DNA of 38,483 bases from NCBI GenBank assembly GCA_017354515.1, contig JAFMQT010000001.1, positions 1-38,483 of the forward strand, given 5' to 3'. Positions 1 to 11,382 of the stretch are shown here, piece after piece. The notes below the pieces were generated by a model. It worked only from the letters and a program-made list of their open reading frames with translations. It had not been told where the DNA came from and did not search any database. Made by a program: the position numbers and the translations under genes. The DNA comes from Nocardia sp. (lineage in GTDB: Bacteria; Actinomycetota; Actinomycetes; Mycobacteriales; Mycobacteriaceae). The first letter of the stretch is position 1, and every line of letters starts with the position of its first letter.

Positions 1-2227
<2,227 letters not shown>

Positions 2228-2537
2228 AGAGCGTCGGCCGGCGGGCCAGTCCTTTCCGGTGTTTTCCGGTATGTGCCTACTATGCGTCGGTGCCGGATCC
2301 GTAACGGCACCGACCGGGTCGCGCAGAACGGATGCGGACAAGCCACGTTACCGCGTACGGTCTACTCGAAACATCGCGCAGTTCGACAGCGTATGGATTT
2401 CAACAGGTAAACGGCCGGAGAACGAAAGTGGTTCCCGACCGGATCGGGCGATCACCTCCGTGGTGGTCGCCCACGTGGTCCAATCATGGCATGTACGACC
2501 TATTGTGAGCGACAACACAAGCGAACGCACAGGGGGT

Positions 2538-3458
2538 ATGGACATCGTCGAGTTGAGGACACCCACGGCGATACTGCGGCACGGTAGTGGGCGAGTTCAA
2601 GTCCTGCGGCCGGGCACCGACGGCGAGCGCGTGCTCGACGTCCCGGTGTCGGACCTGCTCAAGGTCAAGCTGAACCGGCGTGGCGACGATGCCGTGGTGA
2701 TCGAGATCTATTCGCGCTATCCGAGCCCGGTGCTCACCGGCGTACCCGCCGACCGAACCCCGCTGCCGGTCCTGATCGCCGAACACGACGTACCGGCCGC
2801 CACGGTGATCGTCGAACGGATCAACGCCCAGATCCTGGCCACCCAGCGCATCGATATGTCCGCACCCGATCTGACCCCGCCGGCGCCGGTCTGGGGTAAA
2901 ACCGGCCCCACCCGGGCCGATGTGGACCGCGCGGTGCGCCGGATGGCGCCGCGCCGGGAGACTCGCTCCGCCACGGCCATACTCCACACGCTGGTCACCT
3001 CCGAGGAGTTCATGCTCGAGACGGCGCTGGTCGAGGCCGTTCCGCCGGCCGGACACGGCCGCGGACTGCTGGCTGTCACCACCGATCGGGTGCTGTTGCT
3101 GTCGGTCGGAACCACGCCCTGTTACGCCCGCGAAATTCCGGTAGCCGCGCTGATCAAGGCCGAATCCGGGCAACGCGAGGGCGTGGATTCGGGAGCCCGC
3201 ACGCTCACCATCACCGATGGAAATATGGAGCTGCGCTTCACCGGCGCCGATCTCGCCGATACCGATCGGATCGTCGGCGCGGTCAATTTCGCGGTGCAGC
3301 GGCAGGCCGCCGACGGCGCCGTCGCACCGCCGGATCCCGGTGTGGAACAGCTGTATGCGGACTGGGAGTTGCTCGTCGAGCGCCACTCACTGGGAATGGT
3401 CGACGATGCGCAGTTCCAGCGGTACGGCCGCGGAATTCTGCGTTCACTCCCGGACTGA
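2538..3458 (+). CDS. Hypothetical protein with bacterial PH-like domain and C-terminal SHOCT-like motif
   Basis: ATG at 2538 in frame with track ORF 2181..3458. GLLAVTTDRVLLL...EIP...I...E...LTI resembles bacterial PH domains; LVERHSLGMVDDAQFQRYGRGIL resembles SHOCT. Confidence 0.6.
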   Translation: MDIVELRTPTAILRHGSGRVQVLRPGTDGERVLDVPVSDLLKVKLNRRGDDAVVIEIYSRYPSPVLTGVPADRTPLPVLIAEHDVPAATVIVERINAQILATQRIDMSAPDLTPPAPVWGKTGPTRADVDRAVRRMAPRRETRSATAILHTLVTSEEFMLETALVEAVPPAGHGRGLLAVTTDRVLLLSVGTTPCYAREIPVAALIKAESGQREGVDSGARTLTITDGNMELRFTGADLADTDRIVGAVNFAVQRQAADGAVAPPDPGVEQLYADWELLVERHSLGMVDDAQFQRYGRGILRSLPD

Positions 3459-3535
3459 TCCGCGACCTCACGCGGTCCGCGCGACATCGCGTAGCAATGC
3501 GAGCCGCGCGGTGCCCCTCCGGTAGCCCTGCCGGG

Positions 3536-4375
3536 CTAGTCGCCCTGCAGGGCGATCCGCCGCCAGGGACTGGTCGGCCGCATCCACAACCGCACCAACT
3601 CCAGCCGCCGGTCGAGGCCCCCGGATTTGAGTTCGGCCAGATCCTCGCAGGCCTGCCAATAGGTCCAGCCGGCCAGGAAGGAATCGCCGAACTGGCGCCA
3701 GTTCCGGTAGCGCCGCTGCGCTTTGGGCAGGGCGCGCATCACATAATCCCAGGATAAATCCGCGTCCAGATAGCCGGCGGTGAAGGCCATCCGGGCCACC
3801 GCGACCACCCGGGCCAGATCCCAGGCCTGAATATCGGCCGGCAACGGATGCACCAGATGTCCGGTCAGCTCCAATTTGATGGCCTGGGACCAGATGTCGT
3901 AATCGCGGACCAACGCCTCCGGATTGTCCATCCCCCGAAACGCCCCGACCTGACGCAGGAATGCACGATGCCGATCCGCGCGCTCACCGAACCGGTCCCG
4001 CTCGGGCGAATTGACCCCCGCCATCACCAGCGGGTGCACCAGTGCGTACAGCGGTGAGTGCATCCCCTCGAGCAGCTGTTCCATCGAGGCGATCGCCTCG
4101 GCACCGTCGGTGATCCCCCAGGCGCCGGTCATGGTGTCGATGGCCAGTTCGCGCCGGTCACCCAGCGGATGTTCACGTTCGGGGCCCAGCAGCAGAGCGT
4201 CGTGAAAGGCGTCCCACCGGGAGGAATAGAACGCTCCCAGCGATAGCGCACGCAGCTCTTCATCCGAGACCTGGGCACCGGACCAGTGGTCGTCCTCGCG
4301 CTCATCCAGCTCCGGATAGGGGAAAGTGGTCAGGGTCGGCATGTCACGGACAGACATGCCCCGATTGTGTCGCAT
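3536..4375 (-). CDS. DUF1266 family protein (true start possibly 4357 or 4342)
   Basis: WGITD and AWDLARVVAVARMAFTAGYL...W...YRNWRQFGDSFLAGWTYW match the DUF1266 pattern. Confidence 0.8.
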   Translation of the reverse strand: MRHNRGMSVRDMPTLTTFPYPELDEREDDHWSGAQVSDEELRALSLGAFYSSRWDAFHDALLLGPEREHPLGDRRELAIDTMTGAWGITDGAEAIASMEQLLEGMHSPLYALVHPLVMAGVNSPERDRFGERADRHRAFLRQVGAFRGMDNPEALVRDYDIWSQAIKLELTGHLVHPLPADIQAWDLARVVAVARMAFTAGYLDADLSWDYVMRALPKAQRRYRNWRQFGDSFLAGWTYWQACEDLAELKSGGLDRRLELVRLWMRPTSPWRRIALQGD

Positions 4376-4482
4376 CTACGAGGTGCCGGTTCGATTATCG
4401 CCGAGGCCGTGTCGATCGCACTGCCGTGACACCGATTCTCGGCTTTGCTCCGCAGCACGGTCCCGAGGTCTACTCTCGGCGT

Positions 4483-4725
4483 ATGGCTGGCAACATCACC
4501 TTGCTGCGCGGACTCGAGCCGCGCGCTACCGATCAGGAAATCTTCGCTGCCGCACAGGAATACGTCCGCACCGTCGGTGGCCTGACAGGGCTGTCACACT
4601 CCACCAAGGCATCCTTCGACAAGGCCGTGGCAACGGTCGCCGAGGCGACCACCACTCTGCTCGCCGAACTCGGAGACCGCCCGGCCGCGGCGGCCGCTCC
4701 CCCGGTGCACGATCCGGTCGGATAG
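4483..4725 (+). CDS. DUF2277 family small protein
   Basis: MAGNITLLRGLEPRATDQEIFAAAQEYVRTVGG...FDKAVATVAEATTTLL follows the actinobacterial DUF2277 pattern. Confidence 0.8.
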   Translation: MAGNITLLRGLEPRATDQEIFAAAQEYVRTVGGLTGLSHSTKASFDKAVATVAEATTTLLAELGDRPAAAAAPPVHDPVG

Positions 4726-4844
4726 TCCGTTTCCGGCGCATCTGTGACACGATCGTGGAGTGAGCCGCTTCACTAACTTCCGCATGTCGTGAAGCGCTGC
4801 ACACTGTCAATCGTTCGCAACGCGGCGCGCGTGGGAGATAGATC

Positions 4845-6446
4845 GTGACCAATACCGAATCCTCGTCCGGCGATACAGCATCGGACAAAGCAGCAGAACG
4901 CACATCGGCCTCCGCCGAGATCGAGATACACAACCCCGCGACCGGCGCTCTGGTGGGCACCGTTCCGGCCGAATCCGCCGAGGCGGTCGCCGCCAAGGTC
5001 CGCGAACTGCGTTTGTACCAGCCCGAATGGGAGGCCATCGGCCCGGACGGTCGCAAGGAATGGCTGCTGAAGCTGCAGGACTGGATCGTCGACAACACCG
5101 ACCATCTGGCCGATGTGCTGCAGTCCGAGACCGGTAAGGCCCGGGTCGACTCACTCATCGATCCGAGTTTCTCGGTGGATGTCATCGGCTACTACGCCCG
5201 CCGGGCCGGGAAGTTCCTCGCGGACGAGCACCCCTCGCCGCACAGCCCGCTGGCCCGGGTCAAGAAGCTGACCACGGTCTACCGGCCGTATCCGGTGGTC
5301 GGCGTGATCACGCCGTGGAACTTCCCGCTGGCCATGCCGGTCTTCGACGCGATTCCGGCGCTGGCCGCGGGCGCGGCGGTGGTCGTCAAACCCTCCGAGG
5401 TGACGCCGCTGGCGGCTCTGGAGCTGGCGCGTGGCTGGGCCGAGATCGGCGCTCCGCCGGTCTTCGCGGTGGTCACCGGGGCCGGCGAGACGGGAGCGGC
5501 GGTGGTCGACAACGTCGACTATGTGCAGTTCACCGGGTCCACCCGGACCGGCAAGGCGATCGCGGCCGCCTGCGCGGATCGGCTGATTCCCTGCAGTCTC
5601 GAGCTCGGCGGCAAGGATCCGGCCATCGTCCTCGCCGACGCCGATCTGGACCGCGCGGCACACGGAATCGCTTGGGGCGGACTGTTCAACGCCGGTCAGG
5701 TCTGCATTTCGATCGAGCGGGTCTACGTCGAGGAGTCGGTCTACGACACCTTCGTCGACAAACTGGCGGCCACCGTGGGCGAACTGCGTCAGGGCTCCGA
5801 GGGCCGGGAGCCGCGGTACGACGTCGGAGCCCTGGCCAACGACAACCAGAAGAACATCGTCTCCAGCCATGTCGAGGACGCGGTCGCCAAGGGCGCGAAG
5901 GCCGTCACCGGCGGTAAGGCCACCGGCGTGGGCACCTTCTACCAGCCGACCGTGCTCGCCGATGTCGATCACAGCATGACCTGTATGACCGAGGAGACCT
6001 TCGGCCCGACCATCCCGGTGATGAAGGTCGCCGACGAGGAGGAGGCCGTCCGGCTGGCCAACGACTCGATATACGGCCTGTCGGCCACCGTCTGGACCGG
6101 CGACAAGAGTCGTGGTGAGAAGATCGCCCGCAGGCTGAATGCCGGTGCGGTCAACATCAACGATGTGATGGCGAATATGTCCAGTTTCGCCCTGCCGATG
6201 GGGGGCTGGAATCAGTCCGGGATCGGCTCGCGCTGGGGCGGTGCCGAGGGCGTCCGCAAGTACTGCCGCAAACAGGCGATCACCACGCCCGCACTGCCCA
6301 CTCAGGAGAAGGAGCTGATCTGGTATCCGTACGAAACGGGCAAGATCGGCTTCTCCTTGGCGGCGATGCGCGCGGCGGGTGCGCGCGGACTGCGCCGCCT
6401 GGGCATCAGGGATGTGCTGAACTCAGTGGGAGGTAAGCGGAAATGA
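4845..6446 (+). CDS. Aldehyde dehydrogenase family protein
   Basis: ITPWNFP, KPSE, FTGST, LELGGKD, NAGQVC (catalytic Cys), EETFGP. Confidence 0.95.
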   Translation: MTNTESSSGDTASDKAAERTSASAEIEIHNPATGALVGTVPAESAEAVAAKVRELRLYQPEWEAIGPDGRKEWLLKLQDWIVDNTDHLADVLQSETGKARVDSLIDPSFSVDVIGYYARRAGKFLADEHPSPHSPLARVKKLTTVYRPYPVVGVITPWNFPLAMPVFDAIPALAAGAAVVVKPSEVTPLAALELARGWAEIGAPPVFAVVTGAGETGAAVVDNVDYVQFTGSTRTGKAIAAACADRLIPCSLELGGKDPAIVLADADLDRAAHGIAWGGLFNAGQVCISIERVYVEESVYDTFVDKLAATVGELRQGSEGREPRYDVGALANDNQKNIVSSHVEDAVAKGAKAVTGGKATGVGTFYQPTVLADVDHSMTCMTEETFGPTIPVMKVADEEEAVRLANDSIYGLSATVWTGDKSRGEKIARRLNAGAVNINDVMANMSSFALPMGGWNQSGIGSRWGGAEGVRKYCRKQAITTPALPTQEKELIWYPYETGKIGFSLAAMRAAGARGLRRLGIRDVLNSVGGKRK

Positions 6447-7279
6447 CCGAGTACGCCAAGATCAACGGCAAGGTCGTTGTCATCACCGGTGGCGCGCGCG
6501 GTATCGGCTTGGCGACCGCGACCCGGTTGCAGGCGCTGGGCGCCAAGATCGCCATCGGCGATATCGATGAGACGACGGTCAAACAGTCCGGCACCGACCA
6601 CGACTTCGACTATTACGGCGCGCTGGATGTCACCGATGAGCAGGCCTTCGGCGCCTTCCTGGACGAAGTCGAACGACAGCTGGGCCCGATCGATGTGCTG
6701 GTCAACAATGCCGGAATCATGCCGACCGGCAAGCTGATCGATGAACCCGACGCGCTGACCCGCAAGATCATCGATATCAATATCTACGGCGTGATCATCG
6801 GCACCAAGCTGGCACTGGCGCGGATGCTGCCGCGCAGCAGCGGGCACATCATCAATATCGCCTCCCTAGCGGGTGAATCCCATATCCCCGGACTGGCGAC
6901 CTACAACGCCACCAAACACGCGGTGCTCGGTTTCACCGATACCGTGCGCGAGGAGTATCGCGGCAGCGGTGTCGAGCTCTCGTCGGTGCTGCCCACGCTG
7001 ACCAATACCGAACTCGGATCCGGGGTCACGGCCCCGAAGGTGATGCGGGCGGCCGAACCGGAGGAAATCGCCGAGGCGATCGCCAAACTGCTGGTCGCGC
7101 CCAAGGCGAAGGTTCGCGTGACGGCCGTCGCGGGCGCCATCTCGCAATTCTTCGGCCTGCTGCCGCAATCACTCGCGGATGCGATCGGCCGGTCGATGGG
7201 CTCGGGGGAGGCCTTCCTCGGCGCGGTGGACGCCGACCAGCGCAAGGCGTACGAGAAGCGGGTCCGCGGCTCGCAGTAG
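6443..7279 (+). CDS. Short-chain dehydrogenase/reductase
   Basis: TGGARGIG, NNAG, YNATK (YxxxK). ATGA overlap with the ALDH stop. Confidence 0.93.
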   Translation: MTEYAKINGKVVVITGGARGIGLATATRLQALGAKIAIGDIDETTVKQSGTDHDFDYYGALDVTDEQAFGAFLDEVERQLGPIDVLVNNAGIMPTGKLIDEPDALTRKIIDINIYGVIIGTKLALARMLPRSSGHIINIASLAGESHIPGLATYNATKHAVLGFTDTVREEYRGSGVELSSVLPTLTNTELGSGVTAPKVMRAAEPEEIAEAIAKLLVAPKAKVRVTAVAGAISQFFGLLPQSLADAIGRSMGSGEAFLGAVDADQRKAYEKRVRGSQ

Positions 7280-7280
7280 C

Positions 7281-7347
7281 GGCTTCGAACGGGAAGGCGG
7301 CTTGGAGCGGGAGGGGGCTTCGAGCAGGAGGGGGCTTCGAGCAGGAG
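7281..7347. repeat. Four tandem copies of a ~17-bp unit GGCTTCGAGCAGGAGGG
   Basis: Units at 7281, 7299, 7316 and 7333 (last partial). First two are degenerate; last two are identical over 15 bp. Confidence 0.8.
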
Positions 7348-7358
7348 TCAGCACAGCA

Positions 7359-7393
7359 CCCGGCCGCGGGCCCCTCGTGGGCACCGCGGTCGG
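7359..7393. terminator. GC-rich hairpin between convergent SDR and LysR genes
   Basis: CCGGCCGCGG-GCCC ... GGGC-ACCGCGGTCGG imperfect stem-loop. Confidence 0.45.
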
Positions 7394-7400
7394 CGTGTGT

Positions 7401-8276
7401 TCACACCTCGGCCAGCGTGAAGCCGCCGGCCACAACACGATTGGCGAAGTCGAGAATGATCGGCCGATCGTCATCGGCCCGCCAGACCATCGCCAGCTCA
7501 CACGGTGGCAGTCCGGTGACCGGTCGGGCGGTCAGGCCGGGCCAGCGGTACATCGGCACATTGTTCTCGGCCAGCAGGCAGATGCCGAGCCCCAGGCTGA
7601 CCGCCTCGAGTCGTTCCTCCGCGGTGGCGGCCTCGGCGCCGACCTTGGCCTGACGGCCCCCGCGACCGTCGTTACCCAGCCAGAATTCGCGCGCCGCACC
7701 CGCCTCCGGCGGCATCGCGATGAAGGTGTCGTCGAGCAGTTCGGTGAAATCGATGCTGTCCTTGCCGGCCAGCCGATGATTCTCCGGCAGCAGCACCCAT
7801 CGCCCCTCGGTCCGCAGTACCTGCCACCGATAGCGGCCGGTATCGGGGACCGGCAACCACATCAGCGACAGATCCGCCTGCCGACCGGCCAGTCCACTGG
7901 ACGGATCGGCCCAGGAGGCCGAATGCAGCGCCAGCCGATGTCCGCTGGCGCTCTCGAGTTCACCGAGCAGACCGCGGCCGATCGAACTCTGGATCCCCAC
8001 CCGCAGCACCTCGCCGGCCTCCTGCAGGGCCACATTGGTGACCTCCCACAGGTCGAGGATTCGGCGGGCGCCCTCGAGCAGTTCCTTACCGGCGACGGTC
8101 AGAGCCACACTGCGCTGGTTACGATCGAACAGGACTACATCGAGCTGACGTTCGAGCTGCCGGATCTGCCGGGACAGCGTGGGCTGTGCGATATGCAGCC
8201 GCTGAGCGGCGTTGGTGAAATGCAGTTCTTCAGCGACGGCGACGAAGTACCGCAGGTCGCGCAAATGCGGGTCCAT
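7401..8276 (-). CDS. LysR family transcriptional regulator
   Basis: LRYFVAVAEELHFTNAAQRLHIAQPTLSRQIRQLE HTH plus substrate-binding domain. Confidence 0.96.
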   Translation of the reverse strand: MDPHLRDLRYFVAVAEELHFTNAAQRLHIAQPTLSRQIRQLERQLDVVLFDRNQRSVALTVAGKELLEGARRILDLWEVTNVALQEAGEVLRVGIQSSIGRGLLGELESASGHRLALHSASWADPSSGLAGRQADLSLMWLPVPDTGRYRWQVLRTEGRWVLLPENHRLAGKDSIDFTELLDDTFIAMPPEAGAAREFWLGNDGRGGRQAKVGAEAATAEERLEAVSLGLGICLLAENNVPMYRWPGLTARPVTGLPPCELAMVWRADDDRPIILDFANRVVAGGFTLAEV

Positions 8277-8647
8277 AGCACCTTGCTATCAGAATCAGGT
8301 TTCGGGCATTCGATTGTTTCAGATCTTACGGTCCGGATTAAAGCTCATAAACAGCCGAACGGTTTGTTACCGACAGCATAGAGCCCGAACATAAGACCAG
8401 CACACCCACCCTGGCCAATCCGCGGCGAACCGCGGTATCGGGTGCCCAAATATCACCGCACAGCAACTACTACCAGCGAAAATAGCTTGATCATATGGTT
8501 AGCACAGACCGCGCACAGCCCGGAAACAGCCACCCTTAGAAAGCATCGGCAATCACAATGCGATCGAATACGCTGGGAACATGATCAAACAGTGATCTTC
8601 GTCATATAATAGCGGTTTTCAGCCACTGCCGCGCTCATCCGCCCTGC

Positions 8648-9202
8648 TCAGGGCGTGTAAACGCGCGGATCCAGGGTTCCGATATACGGCAGGTCCCGAT
8701 AGCGCTCGGCGTAGTCCAGACCGTATCCGACGACGAATTCGTTCGGGATATCGAATCCGACGTGCGCCACCTCCAGCGAGGTGCGGGCCGCATCGGGTTT
8801 GCGCAGCAACGTCACCACCTCGAGCGAGGCCGGGTTGCGGGTGGACAGATTGCGCATCAACCACGACAGTGTCAGCCCCGAGTCGATGATGTCCTCCACG
8901 ATCAGCACATTGCGCCCGGCGATGTCCTTGTCCAGATCCTTCAGGATCCGGACCACACCCGAGGACGAGGTGGACGACCCGTAGGAGGAGACCGCCATGA
9001 ACTCCATCTGGGTGGGGATGGGCAGCGCCCGGGCCAGATCGGTCATGAAGAAGATCGCACCCTTGAGCACGCCGACCAGCAGCAGATCCCCTTCGGGGGC
9101 GTCGGCGGAATACCGCTTGGCGATCAGCTCCGCCAATTCGTCGACCTTGGTGCGGATCTGTTCCTCGGTAATCAGCACCGACGCTATGTCGTCCCCGTAC
9201 AC
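8648..9202 (-). CDS. hpt: Hypoxanthine phosphoribosyltransferase
   Basis: [18 protein letters not shown] motif, FVVGYGLDY, synteny with tilS. Confidence 0.97.
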   Translation of the reverse strand: MYGDDIASVLITEEQIRTKVDELAELIAKRYSADAPEGDLLLVGVLKGAIFFMTDLARALPIPTQMEFMAVSSYGSSTSSSGVVRILKDLDKDIAGRNVLIVEDIIDSGLTLSWLMRNLSTRNPASLEVVTLLRKPDAARTSLEVAHVGFDIPNEFVVGYGLDYAERYRDLPYIGTLDPRVYTP

Positions 9203-9221
9203 GCACTTTCCCTTCGGGTGG

Positions 9222-10280
9222 TTATCGTGTGAACGCCAGTGTCAGAGTGCCATGTTCGCGCCCGGCCACCAACCTCGTCCCCGGTCCGCCGCCGCCGACC
9301 GCGACCCCGCCCTGACCGCGCCAATCGGTGATGAGAGCCTCCACGGCACGTAAGTGCTTATCGGTCAAGCCTTTTGCGCCGCCCTCCAGAAGCCAGGCGC
9401 GCAGCACCCGACGGCGAATCGCGGGCGGGGCCGTGACCAACGGCTCGATCGTCAACTCGGTGCCGTCCCGGGCATCGGCCAGCAACTGCCCGGCCACGAT
9501 GTCCAATGCCGCACCGTCCTCGCGGAGCTGCTGAGCCGTGCGAGCCAGCGCGGGCGCCACACCGCCGCCCAGAATCTCCTCGAGCAGTGGCAGCGCCTCC
9601 GATCGCAACCGGACCCGGGTGAATTCCGGTGAGCTGTTGTGCGGATCCTCATGTGGCCGCAAGTCCAGATCGGCACACAGTTGTCTGGTGGTGGCGCGGC
9701 GGACCCGCAGCAGCGGCCGCCCCCACGGCGGGGTGTATTCGGCCATTCCCGCGATCGATCGCGGACCCGAACCCCGCGCCAAACCGAGCAGCACGGTTTC
9801 GGCCTGATCATCGAGGGTGTGCGCGATCAACACCGGTGAACCCTCGCGAGCCCGTTCGAGGGCCTGGTAGCGGGCCGTCCGGGCCGCCGCCTCGAGCCCT
9901 CCGGAACCGGTGACCGAGACCGGCAGAATCCGGGCGGTTCGACAGCCCAGGGCCCGTGCGCGCGCGGCGGCCTCAGCGGCCACCTCGGCCGACCCGGACT
10001 GCAGACCGTGATCGACGATCAGCGCATCGACCGCCTCGGCTTCCACGGCCGCGGCCGCGGTCAGGGCCAATGAATCCGCACCCCCCGACAGCGCGACCGC
10101 CACCGCCGCCCCACGATGGTGCCGGGTGAGCCAACCGCGCACCGCATGCCGCAATTCCAAGGCCGCACCGGTCTCCGGCAGACACCCCGGCGTTGCCCCC
10201 GTGCGCCCGTGCGCAGCCCCCACGGCCGGCGAATCCGTTTGGCGGCCTGGTGAATTCACCCGACTACTCGATCGATCCAC
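9222..10280 (-). CDS. tilS: tRNA(Ile)-lysidine synthetase (true start probably ~10220-10260)
   Basis: [10 protein letters not shown]-loop, [21 protein letters not shown]. Confidence 0.95.
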   Translation of the reverse strand: MDRSSSRVNSPGRQTDSPAVGAAHGRTGATPGCLPETGAALELRHAVRGWLTRHHRGAAVAVALSGGADSLALTAAAAVEAEAVDALIVDHGLQSGSAEVAAEAAARARALGCRTARILPVSVTGSGGLEAAARTARYQALERAREGSPVLIAHTLDDQAETVLLGLARGSGPRSIAGMAEYTPPWGRPLLRVRRATTRQLCADLDLRPHEDPHNSSPEFTRVRLRSEALPLLEEILGGGVAPALARTAQQLREDGAALDIVAGQLLADARDGTELTIEPLVTAPPAIRRRVLRAWLLEGGAKGLTDKHLRAVEALITDWRGQGGVAVGGGGPGTRLVAGREHGTLTLAFTR

Positions 10281-11374
10281 CGCTGCGGGGCGTTGATCTC
10301 GTCGGTGCGCGGCAGGGTCTCACCGTCGGTCCACACGGTGTTGAAACGCTCCATACCGACCTTGCCGACGACCTCATCTACGAACGCCTTACCCCGCACA
10401 TACTGGGCGATCTTGGCGTCCACGCCGAGCAGGGCACGCAACAGCCGCTGCAGGGGATTGGCCGGGCGCTTGCGCCGCTGATCGAAGGCCTCGCGGATCT
10501 GCGAGACCGTGGGCACCACCGCCGGGCCGACGGCATCCATCACATGGTCGGCGTGACCTTCCAGCAGGGTCCCGAGCATCAGCAGCCGGTCGATCGCCTC
10601 GCGTTGCGCGGGCGGCTGGGTGGCCCGCAGCACGCCCAGCACACCCTTGTCCGCGGGATCGTCACCGGCCGAATCCGCACGGCGGCTGCGCACCTGCTCC
10701 AGTACCCGGGTGAGGACCTCGTTGAACGGCTCGTCCCCGGCCTCGCCCAGCACCTCGACATTGCGCTTCATGTAATCGGCCAGCCAAGGCGCCGAGGAGA
10801 ACTGCACCCGATGGGTCACCTCGTGCAGGCAGACCCACAGCCGGAAATCGCTCGGCGAAACCCCGAGCGCGCGCTCGACCGCCATGATGTTCGGGGCGAC
10901 CAGCAGCAACGTGCCGTCCGGTCCGGTGAAGGGGTCGTACTGACCGAGTATCGCGGTCGACAGGAAGGCCAGCATCGCCCCGGCCTGCACACCGGCCGGC
11001 TTGCCCGCGAATCTGCCCCGGCCCCGCTCACCGTCTCCGGTGAGTTCGGACATCGAATCGGCCGCCGCGCGAATCCAGCCGCGCCGGTCCACGATCCGCG
11101 CCTGCGGGACCGGACGGTCGTCGGCGAGCAGGCTGACCTCGCGTACCGGCCCCTCGGCACGCACCGACGCCGCCGATAGTTCGGCAACCACCTGTTCGGC
11201 GGAATACCGCGTGGTCCGCGGGCCCGAGGGCACGACCGAGCTGCCGGTCCGGGCGGCCAGGTCCCAATCGACGGAACCGGCCAGAATCGAACGCCGCGAC
11301 GCGGACTCATCGGCCCCGTCGCGCGAGGCGGCGTCGTCGGTCGCCGCGAGATCACTGGATCCGGTCATCGTCAT
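10256..11374 (-). CDS. Zincin-like metalloprotease (Rv3626c/DUF2342-type)
   Basis: GQYDPF, LHEVTHRVQF (HExxH), LLEGHADHVMD, QYVRGKAF. ATG at 11374 lies just after the dacB stop. Confidence 0.9.
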   Translation of the reverse strand: MTMTGSSDLAATDDAASRDGADESASRRSILAGSVDWDLAARTGSSVVPSGPRTTRYSAEQVVAELSAASVRAEGPVREVSLLADDRPVPQARIVDRRGWIRAAADSMSELTGDGERGRGRFAGKPAGVQAGAMLAFLSTAILGQYDPFTGPDGTLLLVAPNIMAVERALGVSPSDFRLWVCLHEVTHRVQFSSAPWLADYMKRNVEVLGEAGDEPFNEVLTRVLEQVRSRRADSAGDDPADKGVLGVLRATQPPAQREAIDRLLMLGTLLEGHADHVMDAVGPAVVPTVSQIREAFDQRRKRPANPLQRLLRALLGVDAKIAQYVRGKAFVDEVVGKVGMERFNTVWTDGETLPRTDEINAPQRWIDRVVG

Positions 11375-11382
11375 TCCATCCG

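Noticed and set aside
7281-7347. Possible CRISPR array
   Set aside because: Repeats are contiguous with no spacers and no cas genes. No CRISPR, tRNA or rRNA was recognised anywhere in the window.
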